Shown here: positions 1 to 12,100 of the stretch, one piece after another | Layout of the letters: each line of letters starts with the position of its first letter | How positions within the stretch are numbered: position 1 is the stretch's first letter | NCBI GenBank assembly: GCA_965235115.1 | Contig: OZ249443.1 | Coordinates: forward strand, 7,316,001-7,380,000 | Source of the DNA: Laetmonice hystrix | Taxonomy: Eukaryota | Length of the DNA stretch: 64,000 bases | Direction: 5' to 3' | Translations under genes and position numbers: made by a program | The notes under the pieces: model-generated | Told to the model about the DNA's origin: nothing | Seen by the model: only the letters and a program-made list of their open reading frames with translations | Database searches by the model: none

Positions 1-1039
1 AAAACTGGGCTGTTCCCGATGCAGTCGATTGCACTAACGTGTTCGTTAACTGAACGACAGGGGCAGAGTTCTTGTTAGGCCCTCGTCATTGGCTCGTGTA
101 CAACAGCAGATCAATCTCTCTCCATTCAACGAGCCATAACGTAGAAACTGTGTTTAAGAAGGAAACTCACGGTGCACTTGTAAAACATGTTAAGCCTGAT
201 GTCTGTAAGATTTGAAGTCGATCGCCTGCGTAGCTCTATATCCGAAAGGCCACTGAGTTCAAATGCAACATTGAACTGACGACGTCCCTTCTAACTTGGG
301 ATTTACCATGACGCACCACATGTCAAAACCGTTTCAAGCAGCTCTGAAGGTGAATTACAAGGGAAGTTACAATTCAATCCAGCAGATATATGGAATTTGA
401 GAATTACTGATGGAACGTTATTTAGTATTCATATGGTTGAAAGCGAATAAAATGAAGTAAGAGATGTTATGTAATCTGTACTTTTAGTAAAGGTATGTGT
501 ATTTTCCTTTCATACTGAAAATGGCAAATGGCATCTTCGAAGCATTCGGTCCCTGCAATTCTCTTTTGACGTTTGACAAATTCTGACGCTAGGTGGTGCA
601 CAATGGAAGATGACCATTTCTGGTGGGCAAGTTGTGCTTGTTTCGTGCGTGCATGTGTATTATCATGTTTTCTGATTGCTTGTAGTAATTATATACATAT
701 TTTGCTTATTGTCGGGATGTCTTCAAAACCACGGTGTCTCAAAAACAACCCCCATTTCTAACTATTAATTCCATGAAGATGGTCACAGAAACTTCATTTA
801 TAACCTGTAGGTCTTAAATTCCGTCCTTTACACACTGGTAATAGTACAAATCAGTAGGCATGATATTTAACGATGGCCTAAACACCCTACAAATAGGAAC
901 AGAAGCTTTCCTAATGTTTTAAGAATACTTTAGAATACTTTATTCGCCCTTAATGCAAGCGGCCTAATCGGTCACCGGTGATGGATCCGGGAATTTGTTT
1001 TCGGAATGACCTGTATTGACGCCCAAAGAGGGAAGATGG

Positions 1040-1241
1040 TGGTCCGGCATTGCAATTTTTGACACGAATGTTTAGGAATGGCCCTATTTGTAGACGTTTC
1101 GACCTATTTATCTGATAATTGTGCCACAGACCCCAAATAACCAGTTAATATCATGTTCCAAATACTATGACATTGGAGTAAAAATTAAAGAAGTTACAGT
1201 CAAGAAAAGAGTGTTCCAAATTGTTTGGCCCACCCGATATA
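1040..1241. mobile_element. Solo right terminal arm of the Tc1/mariner-type element seen at 34963-36037
   Basis: About 200 bp closely similar to 35826-36039 (ggtccggcattgcaattttt...cagtcaagaaaagagtgttccaa...gcccacccgata), ending in TA. Confidence 0.8.
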
Positions 1242-1632
1242 GATTATGTTAGGAAATAATATAATAACCAACTGCATACCTACGTTTTGGGCTATGTACA
1301 GTTCTTGTGACACTATATATAGGCGTATACACAACCTTGAAATGCTATTATGGTGACTATACTTTGTCGTATATTTTATTACACAGCTGCGTGGAACGAA
1401 ACAAACAGGTCATAATAACGAATACATGGTTGTAGCCTATTATTCATACACACGCTTGTCATCAGATAGTGTGGCCCGTGTCAGTGTACATGGGGGGGGG
1501 GGGGGGGCTCTTGGTTCTTAATGAAGAATTAAAGGATCCCCTATTTTTATTTTTATTAGGCCTATTAGACCTAGAAGAGCCACATGCGAGGAGTGTGATT
1601 CATTAATATTTGCTAACGTTTGTTTCAGCGCC

Positions 1633-3234
1633 ATGATGGCCACATATTGGAGCCTGCTGGGCATCATCCTGTTCGTTCTCGGTCACTCTGACGCCCTCTT
1701 TGTCTGCCCGACGCCCTGCTCCTGCGACGACGACTACCCGGGCGACGCCGATTTCGCCAGGCTTGTTGTCGACTGCCGGAGAAAGATGATGACGTATTTA
1801 CCGAGCTTTGATGGTCTGGCTGGAACCCCAATTTATCGCCTATTTTTGGATATGAATGAAATCACCGAGTTGCCGAGTCATGCCTTCCGCAATCTTTCTG
1901 TCCGCGGCATCCAAATGGCGGATAATCCGCTGACCAATGTGTCCGTGACGGCGTTCGCAGGACTTGGAAATAGTTTGGAGTATTTATCCTTGCGGCGGAC
2001 CAAGCTAACTGTTCTCCCGCGAGTGTTTACCTCCGGTTTGAATCGCCTGCAAGTTTTGGATTTAGGAGAGATAAAGACGCCGATTTTTTCTCATATTACG
2101 TCGAAAGCTTTTGGGACGTTACCCGACCTAGAGGAACTCGTGTTGAAGAGTAACGAGATCGCCAAGATCGAACCTGATGGTTTCCTTGGTTTGCAGTCAG
2201 TAATGGAACTTGACCTTGGAGGTAACAAACTGACCGAGGTTCCTGAAGCTGTGCTGACATTAACAAACCTGTACAGTCTCCACCTAGACCATAATCCCAT
2301 TGCCGCTGTATCTTCCGGCGCCTTTAGATCGTTGACGGGGCTCAAGACAATTTCTCTAACAGATACAAGGCTCATCAACAGCTCAGCCATTGACAAGAAC
2401 GCCTTTATTGGTGCCTCAAAGAGTCTCCGATCGCTTCAGTTAGGGTATAACAATCTTCATTTTGTGCCATGTGACGCTCTACAGAGTCTAGTCCACCTAG
2501 AAGAGCTGAAACTCGAAGAGGCTTCGATCTCTCATGTCGACCCCGGCTGCTTTTCCTTCCTAGAGAAACTGAAATTACTGGACCTCTCTGGAAACTTCAT
2601 ACAATTTAACGCTGATACCTTAAAAGGGATTGAAGATACAATAGAAGTTCTTAAGCTTCAGCGTCTCGGCTTGAACTTGGAGAACTTACCCTTGGAAGCC
2701 TTGAAGAAACTACAGTCTCTAAACAACCTTGACTTGTCGGGAAACAACTTTAAAATTATTCCTTCCAAAACATTTGAGGGATTATCAATCAGAACACTTC
2801 ACTTAAACTACTGTAAAATCAGCGTCGTGCACAGAGAGGCTTTTCAAGGTTTGAAGGCCTCTGTGGAGGTTAACATGAACAACAACGAAATCGCAAACGT
2901 TACATTCGTTGAGGACAAGTGTTTGTTTAAACGGGTTGAACTCCACCGGAATCCGGTGGAGTGTTCGTGCGGTGTTTACCATGTCGTTCGGTATGGGATA
3001 ACGACGTTCGTTGGTGAGTGTGCCTCACCGAGTCACTACGAAGGAGTCAAACTTAACGAGCTCAGAAACAACAGAGAGATCGTGAAGGAGTGTGGCAGTG
3101 GGGGAGGCGTGAATGATACGATTCTCTGTTTCTGGCAGTTGACAAACACTGAGACAGGGTCGGCAAGTAAAGCTCATGTGGGAGCCGGACTTCTCCACCA
3201 CGGCCTCCTACTACTTGCAATATATGTATTATGA
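1633..3234 (+). CDS. Secreted, probably GPI-anchored leucine-rich repeat protein (533 aa, single coding exon)
   Basis: Signal peptide (YWSLLGIILFVLGHSDA), LRRNT (CPTPCSC...VVDC), many LxxLxLxxN repeats, LRRCT-like (NPVECSC...GEC), hydrophobic C-terminus (GLLLLAIYVL). A splice acceptor tttcag lies just upstream of the ATG, implying a 5' UTR intron. Confidence 0.93.
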   Translation: MMATYWSLLGIILFVLGHSDALFVCPTPCSCDDDYPGDADFARLVVDCRRKMMTYLPSFDGLAGTPIYRLFLDMNEITELPSHAFRNLSVRGIQMADNPLTNVSVTAFAGLGNSLEYLSLRRTKLTVLPRVFTSGLNRLQVLDLGEIKTPIFSHITSKAFGTLPDLEELVLKSNEIAKIEPDGFLGLQSVMELDLGGNKLTEVPEAVLTLTNLYSLHLDHNPIAAVSSGAFRSLTGLKTISLTDTRLINSSAIDKNAFIGASKSLRSLQLGYNNLHFVPCDALQSLVHLEELKLEEASISHVDPGCFSFLEKLKLLDLSGNFIQFNADTLKGIEDTIEVLKLQRLGLNLENLPLEALKKLQSLNNLDLSGNNFKIIPSKTFEGLSIRTLHLNYCKISVVHREAFQGLKASVEVNMNNNEIANVTFVEDKCLFKRVELHRNPVECSCGVYHVVRYGITTFVGECASPSHYEGVKLNELRNNREIVKECGSGGGVNDTILCFWQLTNTETGSASKAHVGAGLLHHGLLLLAIYVL

Positions 3235-4562
3235 TGACATCCATAAAATTAGAAGCCTGTGCTCCTGCAAATTACTGATATAAAGGTTTCATGTAAGAAG
3301 ATCAAGGTTCCTGGCTCAGGAATATTTCTGAAGATCATGTACGCCAAGAGAAAAGTGGGACAAGCTAGTTTATACTGTGAAACAGTTTTTAATGTGTCGA
3401 ACGTGAGGATTATGAAGTTGGTTCTATTAAAATAAAGGTATAATAAACGCAGTATATAGTATAGTGCACACATGTCTTTTGAAGCAGGCCAAGTAGGCCT
3501 ATATCTAATAATCCCCCCCCCCCATTTGCTCGGTCAGGCCTGCTGCAGTACTTTGCACTGAAATGATGGAATACTAGAGGTGAATTCCCGACGTATATAA
3601 AAATAGCGGATGGGTGGTTTCTTAAAGAGAAGCAGTCGGATAAAAAGTGAAATCTGCCGCTATAAAGATAACGAAATAACGTTTTAGGCCCGCGTTTAAG
3701 AAGACATGCACCCTTAGAACCGCGCTAGGTGTGGGCAAAGCATATGCAAATCCTTTCATGGGTCCATCATTCCCTGCTTCCTGGCTCTCCTCTCAGGAAT
3801 CAATAGTCCAAACTACCCGATATAATTTGGCCAATCAACCTTGACATAATATTGTATACTGCATCATCGTGATGCCAGCCGTCACCCGGGCGACAAGCCC
3901 GGGTGTCGTTAAAAATACATCGACTCTATGTAGTCGAACTCATCGACTTCCGACCTAATACACTGTGGACAATACCTGGACAGAAACTGCCTCTACTTGT
4001 CAACGGATGTTATTGTTTTCTCTGTCGTAGTATATGTCAGCCTGTCCAAATGACGGGCGCAGTATTGCGGTACAGCCTGAGCTGAACATGGTAAGTTCTA
4101 ATCCACCTTTCATTATTATTTTCCTGGAGAAGAAAAAGATGAACGTTTATTTAGGATACGGGTGCTATTTTCCCTTCTGTTTGACCCTTCTTTCTACCGT
4201 TCAATGCATGTCCTTCGACATTTTTATTCTATGTGGGCCCCGTTCATCCCGTGCCCCTGCTCACGACACTTCAGTATAGATCTAAAATCCTTATTCACCG
4301 GGTGGTCTATTTTGAAGGGACCCCCATTGTTTTACAACAAAATACGTACTTGACTTAAAAATGTAATTTCTTTGGACAGTTGCTGGCGCGAGAGTCAATC
4401 ATAATTGTGATATTATACACCATCCTTCCTGCGTGGAGAGGTATGTACTCTTGTTCCTCGCATTTCAGGGCATTTTTGGAGCCGACTCTAGAAAATATAA
4501 TGGTTAAGGGCAATCGGCGGTTTATCTTCTGGAGAAAGGAACCCCACTTTTCGATTAGTATT

Positions 4563-4779
4563 TAGGCGCGTGTCCGGGGGGGGGGGGGGGGGTCCGGACC
4601 CCCTGCTCCCACAGAGCATAGATTTTTTTCTAAGCATTCCCGTCGTTTTGAACCCGTTGAGCAATGAATCCACAAAATATAATGCCCTAAAATGGCCCCT
4701 AAATGGCGGGGAATCGCGTCTCAGAGCTTCTAATTTTCCTGAGCCCCCCCCCCCCTGCTGAAAATCCTGGACACGCCTG
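4563..4779. mobile_element. Non-autonomous DNA transposon (MITE), CAG-type TIRs, 5-bp TSD
   Basis: Ends taggcgcgtgtcc...ggacacgcctg with subterminal G/C runs; flanked on both sides by gtatt (4558-4562, 4780-4784). Confidence 0.75.
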
Positions 4780-4921
4780 GTATTACATATATGACGCGAA
4801 GATCTTGTTTAGGCTTTCAGGGAGGGATTTCCCTTCGCGTATAATACTAATGGGTCTAGATCTATAGAGCCTATATTCGACCCTGATTTGATGAATAATG
4901 TGTAGGTTAAGAATCATTTAA

Positions 4922-5263
4922 AGGTGCTATTCGTCTCGCACAGAATGGCATTTCTCCTATTATACATTGTGCACATAGTACTAGAAAAAATTCCTACCGA
5001 TACCATTGGCCTGATAAACCTTCTATTAGTTTGTGTGCAGCATTTGAAACCTATCTCGGTGCGCACCGAGATAGAGCCATTTCCTATGGTGGGGCGTGTC
5101 AGGGTCTCCACAGGCCTTCTGAGAGAGCCCCATTTGTGCCGTTATCCATGAAAAATTTTGATTTCCTTTGTTGTGAATCTATTTCCATAATAGGATAGAT
5201 CACATAAACGTCAACAAAATTAAAAATTAAAAAAAATTGAACTTTTTTTCACGAATAGCACCT
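4922..5263. mobile_element. Kolobok-like MITE (TTAA TSD)
   Basis: 13-bp perfect TIR aggtgctattcgt/acgaatagcacct, TTAA on both sides, RR 5' terminus; internal palindrome ctatctcggtgcgcaccgagatag. Confidence 0.75.
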
Positions 5264-5928
5264 TTAAAGGTTTATAAGATACACAGATATATATGTTAAA
5301 CTTTGCCCGTGTCATCCGATACCTGTCATGTAAAACCGACATGTACATGACTCTGGCCTGTCCATAAACTGGCATGTACTGTTATAAATAATTAAAGTGA
5401 CGACGACTGTAGTCGACCCCCACTCACCATGACGGACATGCTTGACAAGCCGCTAGAAAACCGTTATGTAAAAACCAATTACAGACGATTATAGACAGAC
5501 ATGTTAGAGGTGCCACGTTTATCGATTAGCCATTTTCTGTCGATTACTTTTCAAGTATTGAGCAAGTCCTGGCATTGGAAGCTTCAATGCCACATAACAG
5601 TTCTCACGAATACAAATGATGTGAAAAAGCGTATTCCTTAATTATTGAAAGGAAATAGCATTTTGGGCGAAATCCATAGGATTCCAGCAAAATGGCGTCT
5701 TTCTTTCTTTTGAGCCCTAAACCCGAAGGGGGCGGGGGCTTCGAGTTTGACCTCCGTAGGTCGTGTCCGTACGTGCGTAATTCCACACGTCTCTGCTGGG
5801 CAGCTCATTCCCCCTGGTCAGGGACGGTCTGAGGATATTTTTAAATATCATTCAAAATGGCCGAGGGTGTTTTTTTGTATATAATATCAACCTTATATTA
5901 ATATACATGTATATATACTTAACTTTAG

Positions 5929-6108
5929 TGTGCGGCCAGTGCACGGACCCCGGTACGCCGGTGGGAGGTCACCGGGATGGCAGTATCCAATCAGGAGATA
6001 CTATCCGGTTCTGGTGTGCTGTCGGATACGCTCTCAATGTTGGAGGCTCTTCCTATACCATCCATTGTAACGCCGGTAACTGGAACGGCACAGCACCGCT
6101 GTGTGAAC
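5929..6108 (+). CDS. Sushi gene, CCP exon 1
   Basis: ttag/TG...GAAC/gtgagt; CGQCTDPGTP...FWC...HCNAGNWNGTAPLCE. Confidence 0.9.
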
Positions 6109-9100
6109 GTGAGTATCTATACCATCCATTGTAACGGCGGTAACTGGAACGGCACGGCACCGCTGTGTGAACGTGAGTATCTATACCATCCAGTGTAACG
6201 CCGGTAACTGGAACGGACGTGAGTATCTATACCATCCATTGTAACGCCGGTAACTGGAACGGCACAGCACCGCTGTGTGAACGTGAGTATCTATACCATC
6301 CAGTGTAACATCCATGACTGGAACGGCACAGCACCGCTGTGTGAACGTGAGTATCTATACCATCCATTGTAACGCCGGTAACTGGAACGGCACAGCACCG
6401 CTGTGTGAACGTGAGTATCTATACCATCCATTGTAACGCCGGTAACTGGAACGGCACAGCACCGCTGTGTGAACGTGAGTATCTATACCATCCTGTGTAA
6501 CGGCGGTAACTGGAACGGCACAGCACCGCTGTGTGAACGTGAGTATCTATACCATCCTGTGTAACGGCGGTAACTGGAACGGCACAGCACCGCTGTGTGA
6601 ACGTGAGTATCTATACCATCCTGTAAACCCAGGGCAGTCTCTCTCTTGTCTGGAACCCCCCGGGGGGGATGCAATTCCTCGGAAAAAAGAACAAAATAGC
6701 GAAATCTCCGACCTCTATATATCAATCAAATATTTATGCGTCTGTGTGGAGCTTCCTGATGGGCTGACGCTCAGCAGACATCATGGTCCAAATTAAATGA
6801 AGTTAAAATAAATGTAGAGCCATAGCAAATGGTCGAAATCATTATACAAGTTATAATTTCTTTGAGGAATCGAGACGTGCATGGTGTAAATATTATCACT
6901 GGCATACCCGAGTTAGCATCACCAGTGGCGGATCCAAGGGAGGTTGGTGCTGTAGGTGCGTACCCCCTCTCACCCCAACTGCCCTTTTTTCTCTCTCATC
7001 CCAAGTGCCCTTTTTTGGATTTTTACGAAATATTTTAATAATTTAAATGTCTAATTGTCTAGACCTATAGACCTCAAGGCTGGTCTATATCGCGTAGTTG
7101 GCACTGTGTTTTTCAATTCTTTTCCGGGAGGGTCTTCGACGCTCGCATGGCGGGATGCCCCCTTTCCCAAATCCCTGACTGCCCCCACAATAGTAATTTC
7201 TAGCTGCGGCCCTGTGGATATGTGCATGTCTATCTATGCCACTTTTTTGACGGTGTAGGCTACCTACTGGGGGCGGGGGAAGTCGGGTTGCGAAAGTTCC
7301 CTTTATCCATAGCACCCACCATCTTGAAAATCCTGGATCCGCCCCTGATCACACAACACATTAAATATCCAACCACTGTAACGTTTCTGAATTCACCTTA
7401 CAGTCATCACGTGCCCAGAGCCAGTGGACATTGCGAATTCAGATAAAGATGTAGTGAATTCAGGAGGAGGAAGTAGTTATCTCTACCACAGTACCGTGAC
7501 CTACTCGTGTCACACGGGGTTCCGGTTTCACGATGGCGCCGTCCAGAAAACTGGCCTCTGTACGAGCGCGAGCACCTGGGACCCCATCCCCAGTGCTTGC
7601 TCAGGTAGGCAGTCTCTGCCAGCTAATACTTCACTGCTTGCCCAGGTAGGCAGTCTATGGCACCTAATACTTCAGTGTTTGCCCAGGTAGGCAGTCTATG
7701 GCACCTAATACTTCAGTGTTTGCCCAGGTAGGCAGTCTATGGCACCTAATACTTCAGTGCTTGCTCAGGTAGGCAATCTATGGCACCTAATACTTCAGTG
7801 TTTGCTCAGGTAGGCAATCTCTGCCAGTTCATGCTTCAGTGCCTGCTCAGGTAGGCAGTCTCTGCCAGCTAATAGGCTACTTCAGTGCCTGCTCAGGTAG
7901 GCAGTCTCTGCCAGCTAATACTTCAGTGCTTGCTCAGGTAGGCAATCTCTGGCACCTAATACTTCAGTGTTTGCTCAGGTAGGCAGTCTATGGCACCTAA
8001 TACTTCAGTGTTTGCTCAGGTAGGCAGTCTATGGCACCTAATACTTCAGTGTTTGGCCAGGTAGGCAGTCTATGGCACCTAATACTTCAGTGCTTGCTCA
8101 GGTAGGCAGTCTATGGCACCTAATACTTCAGTGTTTGCCCAGGTAGGCAGTCTATGGCACCTAATACTTCAGTGCTTGCTCAGGTAGGCAATCTCTGGCA
8201 CCTAATACTTCAGTGCTTGCTCAGGTAGGCAATCTATGGCACCTAATACTTCAGTGTTTGCTCAGGTAGGCAATCTCTGCCAGTTCATGCTTCAGTGCCT
8301 GCTCAGGTAGGCAGTCTCTGCCAGCTAATAGGCTACTTCAGTGCTTGCTCAGGTAGGCAATCTCTGGCACCTAATACTTCAGTGCTTGCTCAGGTAGGCA
8401 ATCTATGGCCCCTAATACTTCAGTGCTTGCTCAGGTAGGCAATCTCTGCCAGTTCATACTTCAGTGTCTGCTCAGGTAGGCAGTCTCTGCCAGCTAATAC
8501 TTCAGTGCTTGCTCAGGTAGGCAATCTCTGGCACCTAATACTTCAGTGTTTGCTCAGGTAGGCAGTCTATGGCACCTAATACTTCAGTGCTTGCTCAGGT
8601 AGGCAGCCTATGGCACCTAATACTTCAGTGTTTGCTCAGGTAGGCAATCTCTGGCACCTAATACTTCAGTGCCTGCTCAGGTAGGCAATCCCTGCCAGTT
8701 CATGCTTCAGTGCCTGCTCAGGTAGGCAATCCCTGCCAGTTCATGCTTCAGTGCTTGCTTAGGTAGGCAATCTTTGCGCGGAAATAATATCCTCTCTCTC
8801 TCAGAGGTTCAGTGCGGATCTCTGCCAGATGTGACCCACAGTGTGACACCTACGGGCGATTATTACTATGGGCAGACTGCAGCGTATACGTGTGAAAACG
8901 GTTACAGCAAGACGAGCGGTTCTGACGTCATGACGTGCTCCGCTACCGGGAATTGGAATGGAGACTATATTGTCTGTGATAGTACGTCCTTTTTTTCTAA
9001 GATCACTGACAGCGAATCTCAAGTCCAAACATCATGATTTGAAAGGTTTAATTAAGGGATACACATTTGTACTTTTACCTTGTCTTATAACAGTAACGAA

Positions 9101-12100
9101 ACATTGCTGTAAGTTAGCCAGGATTTCCAAAGGGGTGGGTCTTTTTGTGTGATAAGTGCTTTTTGAAAAAGTGGATTATTATTTTAGACAAAATAGGACC
9201 TTTTGAGAGAAAGTAGAGTTACTGACATTGAAGCAGTTTTTGTTCTTCACAACTGACAGGAAAAAAGGATTACTGCATATTTTTTCTATGAAAATGTCCG
9301 ACCCCCCTCCCAACCCCCAACCCCACCCCCTTGGCTACGGGCCTGATGGACGTGGAGAACAGCAAAACAGGATCTAAAGGCTTACCACGTTGTTTCCTAA
9401 AGTCGTGGATTGCGGAGACCCAGGTACCCCGTTGAACGCGGACCGGGACTTCCTGTCCGGAACACGGTATAATGACATAGTTCAATACAGCTGTAACGAC
9501 AAGTACTACCCGCATCCTGAGAACGAGTACCCAAGTGTCCCACCTTACGAACGGCAGTGCACGGCCACTGGGGAGTGGACCAAGTCGCCACTGCAGTGTC
9601 TCGGTACGCACATTCATAGAAATACGTAGTATAATATGAGTTTAGTGGGTAGGGCTCAAAATTAAATGCAAATTTTAGATTCGACTACCGATACTCAGCC
9701 CCACGTGGCTGTTACACGTAATGGCATGTGTAGTGGCGTTACTTTACAACAGTTATGCAGCAGGCAAAGGCAAAGGTAAACGTAGGCCTCATTGGTGCTA
9801 AATGAAATATAAGCCAGGGGTGTGTGAACAAATACAAAGACTGGTCATATGAGCCAAAGGGCTCATGTTGATAGGATTGTTCTTTTCTTTTGATATACCA
9901 TGTATAACGTCTGACTAATGGTGTATCTGCAGGCAAGCCATGCCACGACCTGCCGCCTGTACCTAACAGTCAACACCCTGCCGGCCCCTGGCGGTCCCCA
10001 GAGTCAGTTAGCTTTACCTGTGATACTGGGTACGAGGTAGTGATCCGTCCAGGGCAGGCGATTGTGCTTCAGTGTCAGGACCTTGATCCGGTGGACGACT
10101 ACGGCACGTGGGATTATGAGTCCATTACTTGTGAACGTGGGTAAAAAGATAAGGCAATAACTTCCCCCACCTAAAAAAACAGAGATATTTAGAGTAGGGA
10201 TCTGTATGCCTACAGGTCAGCATCTTTGGTGTAAAATTAGTAACTTACTGTTTTAAACAGATATCACATGGGCAATTATAAAGGTTATTCGGGATCTATA
10301 CCAGATCTTGTATCACAGGATATTTCCATCCAGTAAAATGTTGGCTACCTTGGTTTCAACTAGTAGATTAAATGGTTAAACCCAAGTTATAGTTTTAGAA
10401 TTTACTGACTCCAACAGGTGTAGAATGCTCGGATTCTGTTGACAAGATTAACGGCACAGTTGTGACGACGCAGGAGTTCGTCTTTGACGACACCAAGACG
10501 TACACGTGTCTAGAAGGTTACAAGCTGGCCTCTGGAAACCGTACCAGGACGTGCCAGGCGAACGGACAATTTTCTGGAGACCCGCCCAACTGTGAACGTG
10601 AGTTCTATCAATGTGGCCCATACAGATCTCCGGGTGCGAATAGTCTCCATGTGACAGCCTAACGTGTTACTTAGGGGGCATTTTTCTCCATAGAAAGACT
10701 TTATATAATTAGATTTAAAAAAAACATGGGCACCTTGAGGCTTGAGCCAGTTTGCCCAGACATAGTCAGTGCTCCTGCCAGACAACCGCTTCCGGGTCCC
10801 CTTTCCAAAGCCATGCAATCACTTTCCTTCACCTGAAATTGAATGCCTAAATATTACTGAATAGTTGCCACTAGAGGTGCAAGGAACCGTTAACCCCTAA
10901 AGCTATACCTAATCCAAACTTACCTGGAGAGACTTTGACCGCGTTCCCGATGGGTACATGGAACTAAGATCACATTCCTATCAATTTAAAAGGGTAGTTT
11001 TCCATAATTACTAGGATAACAACCACCCCAATGCCTAGACTATAAACTCCGTTCAGTCTGACAGACAGTCAGACGTTGGTCGTTCTATCTGTGTTGAACA
11101 CACAGGTGTGGGCTGCCCGGACCCGGGGCCCCTGTACCAAGACCACGCCAGCGCCACCGAGTCGGACTTCCTCTTCCAGAGCACCATTACCTACACATGT
11201 CATGTCGGCTACATCATGGTGGTGAACGGTGAGACCCAGGTCGAGCTTAGCGTCACGTGCGCCCCAGACGGCTTGTGGTATCCACCACCTACTCTCTGTA
11301 TACGTAAGCTAATTCGGGTTCTCCACCAATTCTTAATATTTTGAATTAGGCCGACGTGTGAAACTGCTGACCATACATAGAACAAAAGGACGGTATAGGC
11401 TTGTGGTACTTATTCAGTAAGTTGTGATAATTATGGTCATGACGATATGGATTAGATTATAGGGGGTAGCAACGGCAGAGCTTAGTGATCCAAGATTTTG
11501 GCTGGTGATAATAGAGTTTATTGTCTCTGGGGTTGAACGTCTTTCTTGCCATTCGAGAGGAAGTTTGTAAGACCTGCCTACTTGCTTAGGGGGGGGGGGG
11601 TTCTCTTAGTTTTCGCCAAGGCCAAACTGACGCTGGCTAAGTAAGCACACAAATAGGCCTTTTACTCAGCAACAATATGGTCATACCGGTGTCTAAACTG
11701 AACACATGTTTTCCAACTTGGAATTGACTCCGCGTGCACCATTTGGCCATCTACTGGAGCTTGTGCACATTCCTTCTCCTCCAGCCACCTACTGTGGGCC
11801 ACCTGATGGTGAAGGTCTGAACTACACCGGTACAACGTTCCAATACCTTGAGGTTTTACCCTTGCAATTGTGGTGCAGTCCGGAGGACGAACTGCTCCCT
11901 GGCGACATGACGAGAACATGTCAGGCGAACGGCCAGTGGAGTGGTGACCCGCCCGATTGCCAGCGTAAGTAGGCAGCTACGTGCTAAAAAAAAGCGTGAG
12001 ATAACTTTTGTTGTCATTGAATCATTGGTTTCTGTTCTAGTTTGACAAGTAACTATAGTATAGCGACGAGACGGAAGGAGACTATACCAGGAAGCCCCAG

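Noticed and set aside
4031-4090. Candidate leader exon of the sushi gene (tcgtag acceptor, ATG/gtaagt donor)
   Set aside because: Its open frame ends in phase 0 while CCP exon 1 needs phase 1; the phase-1 frame has stops; no signal peptide. It could still be a UTR exon
7591-8772. CRISPR-like appearance of the regular 41-bp and 64-bp arrays
   Set aside because: Contiguous tandem units with no unique spacers, inside introns of a spliced eukaryotic gene, and no cas genes
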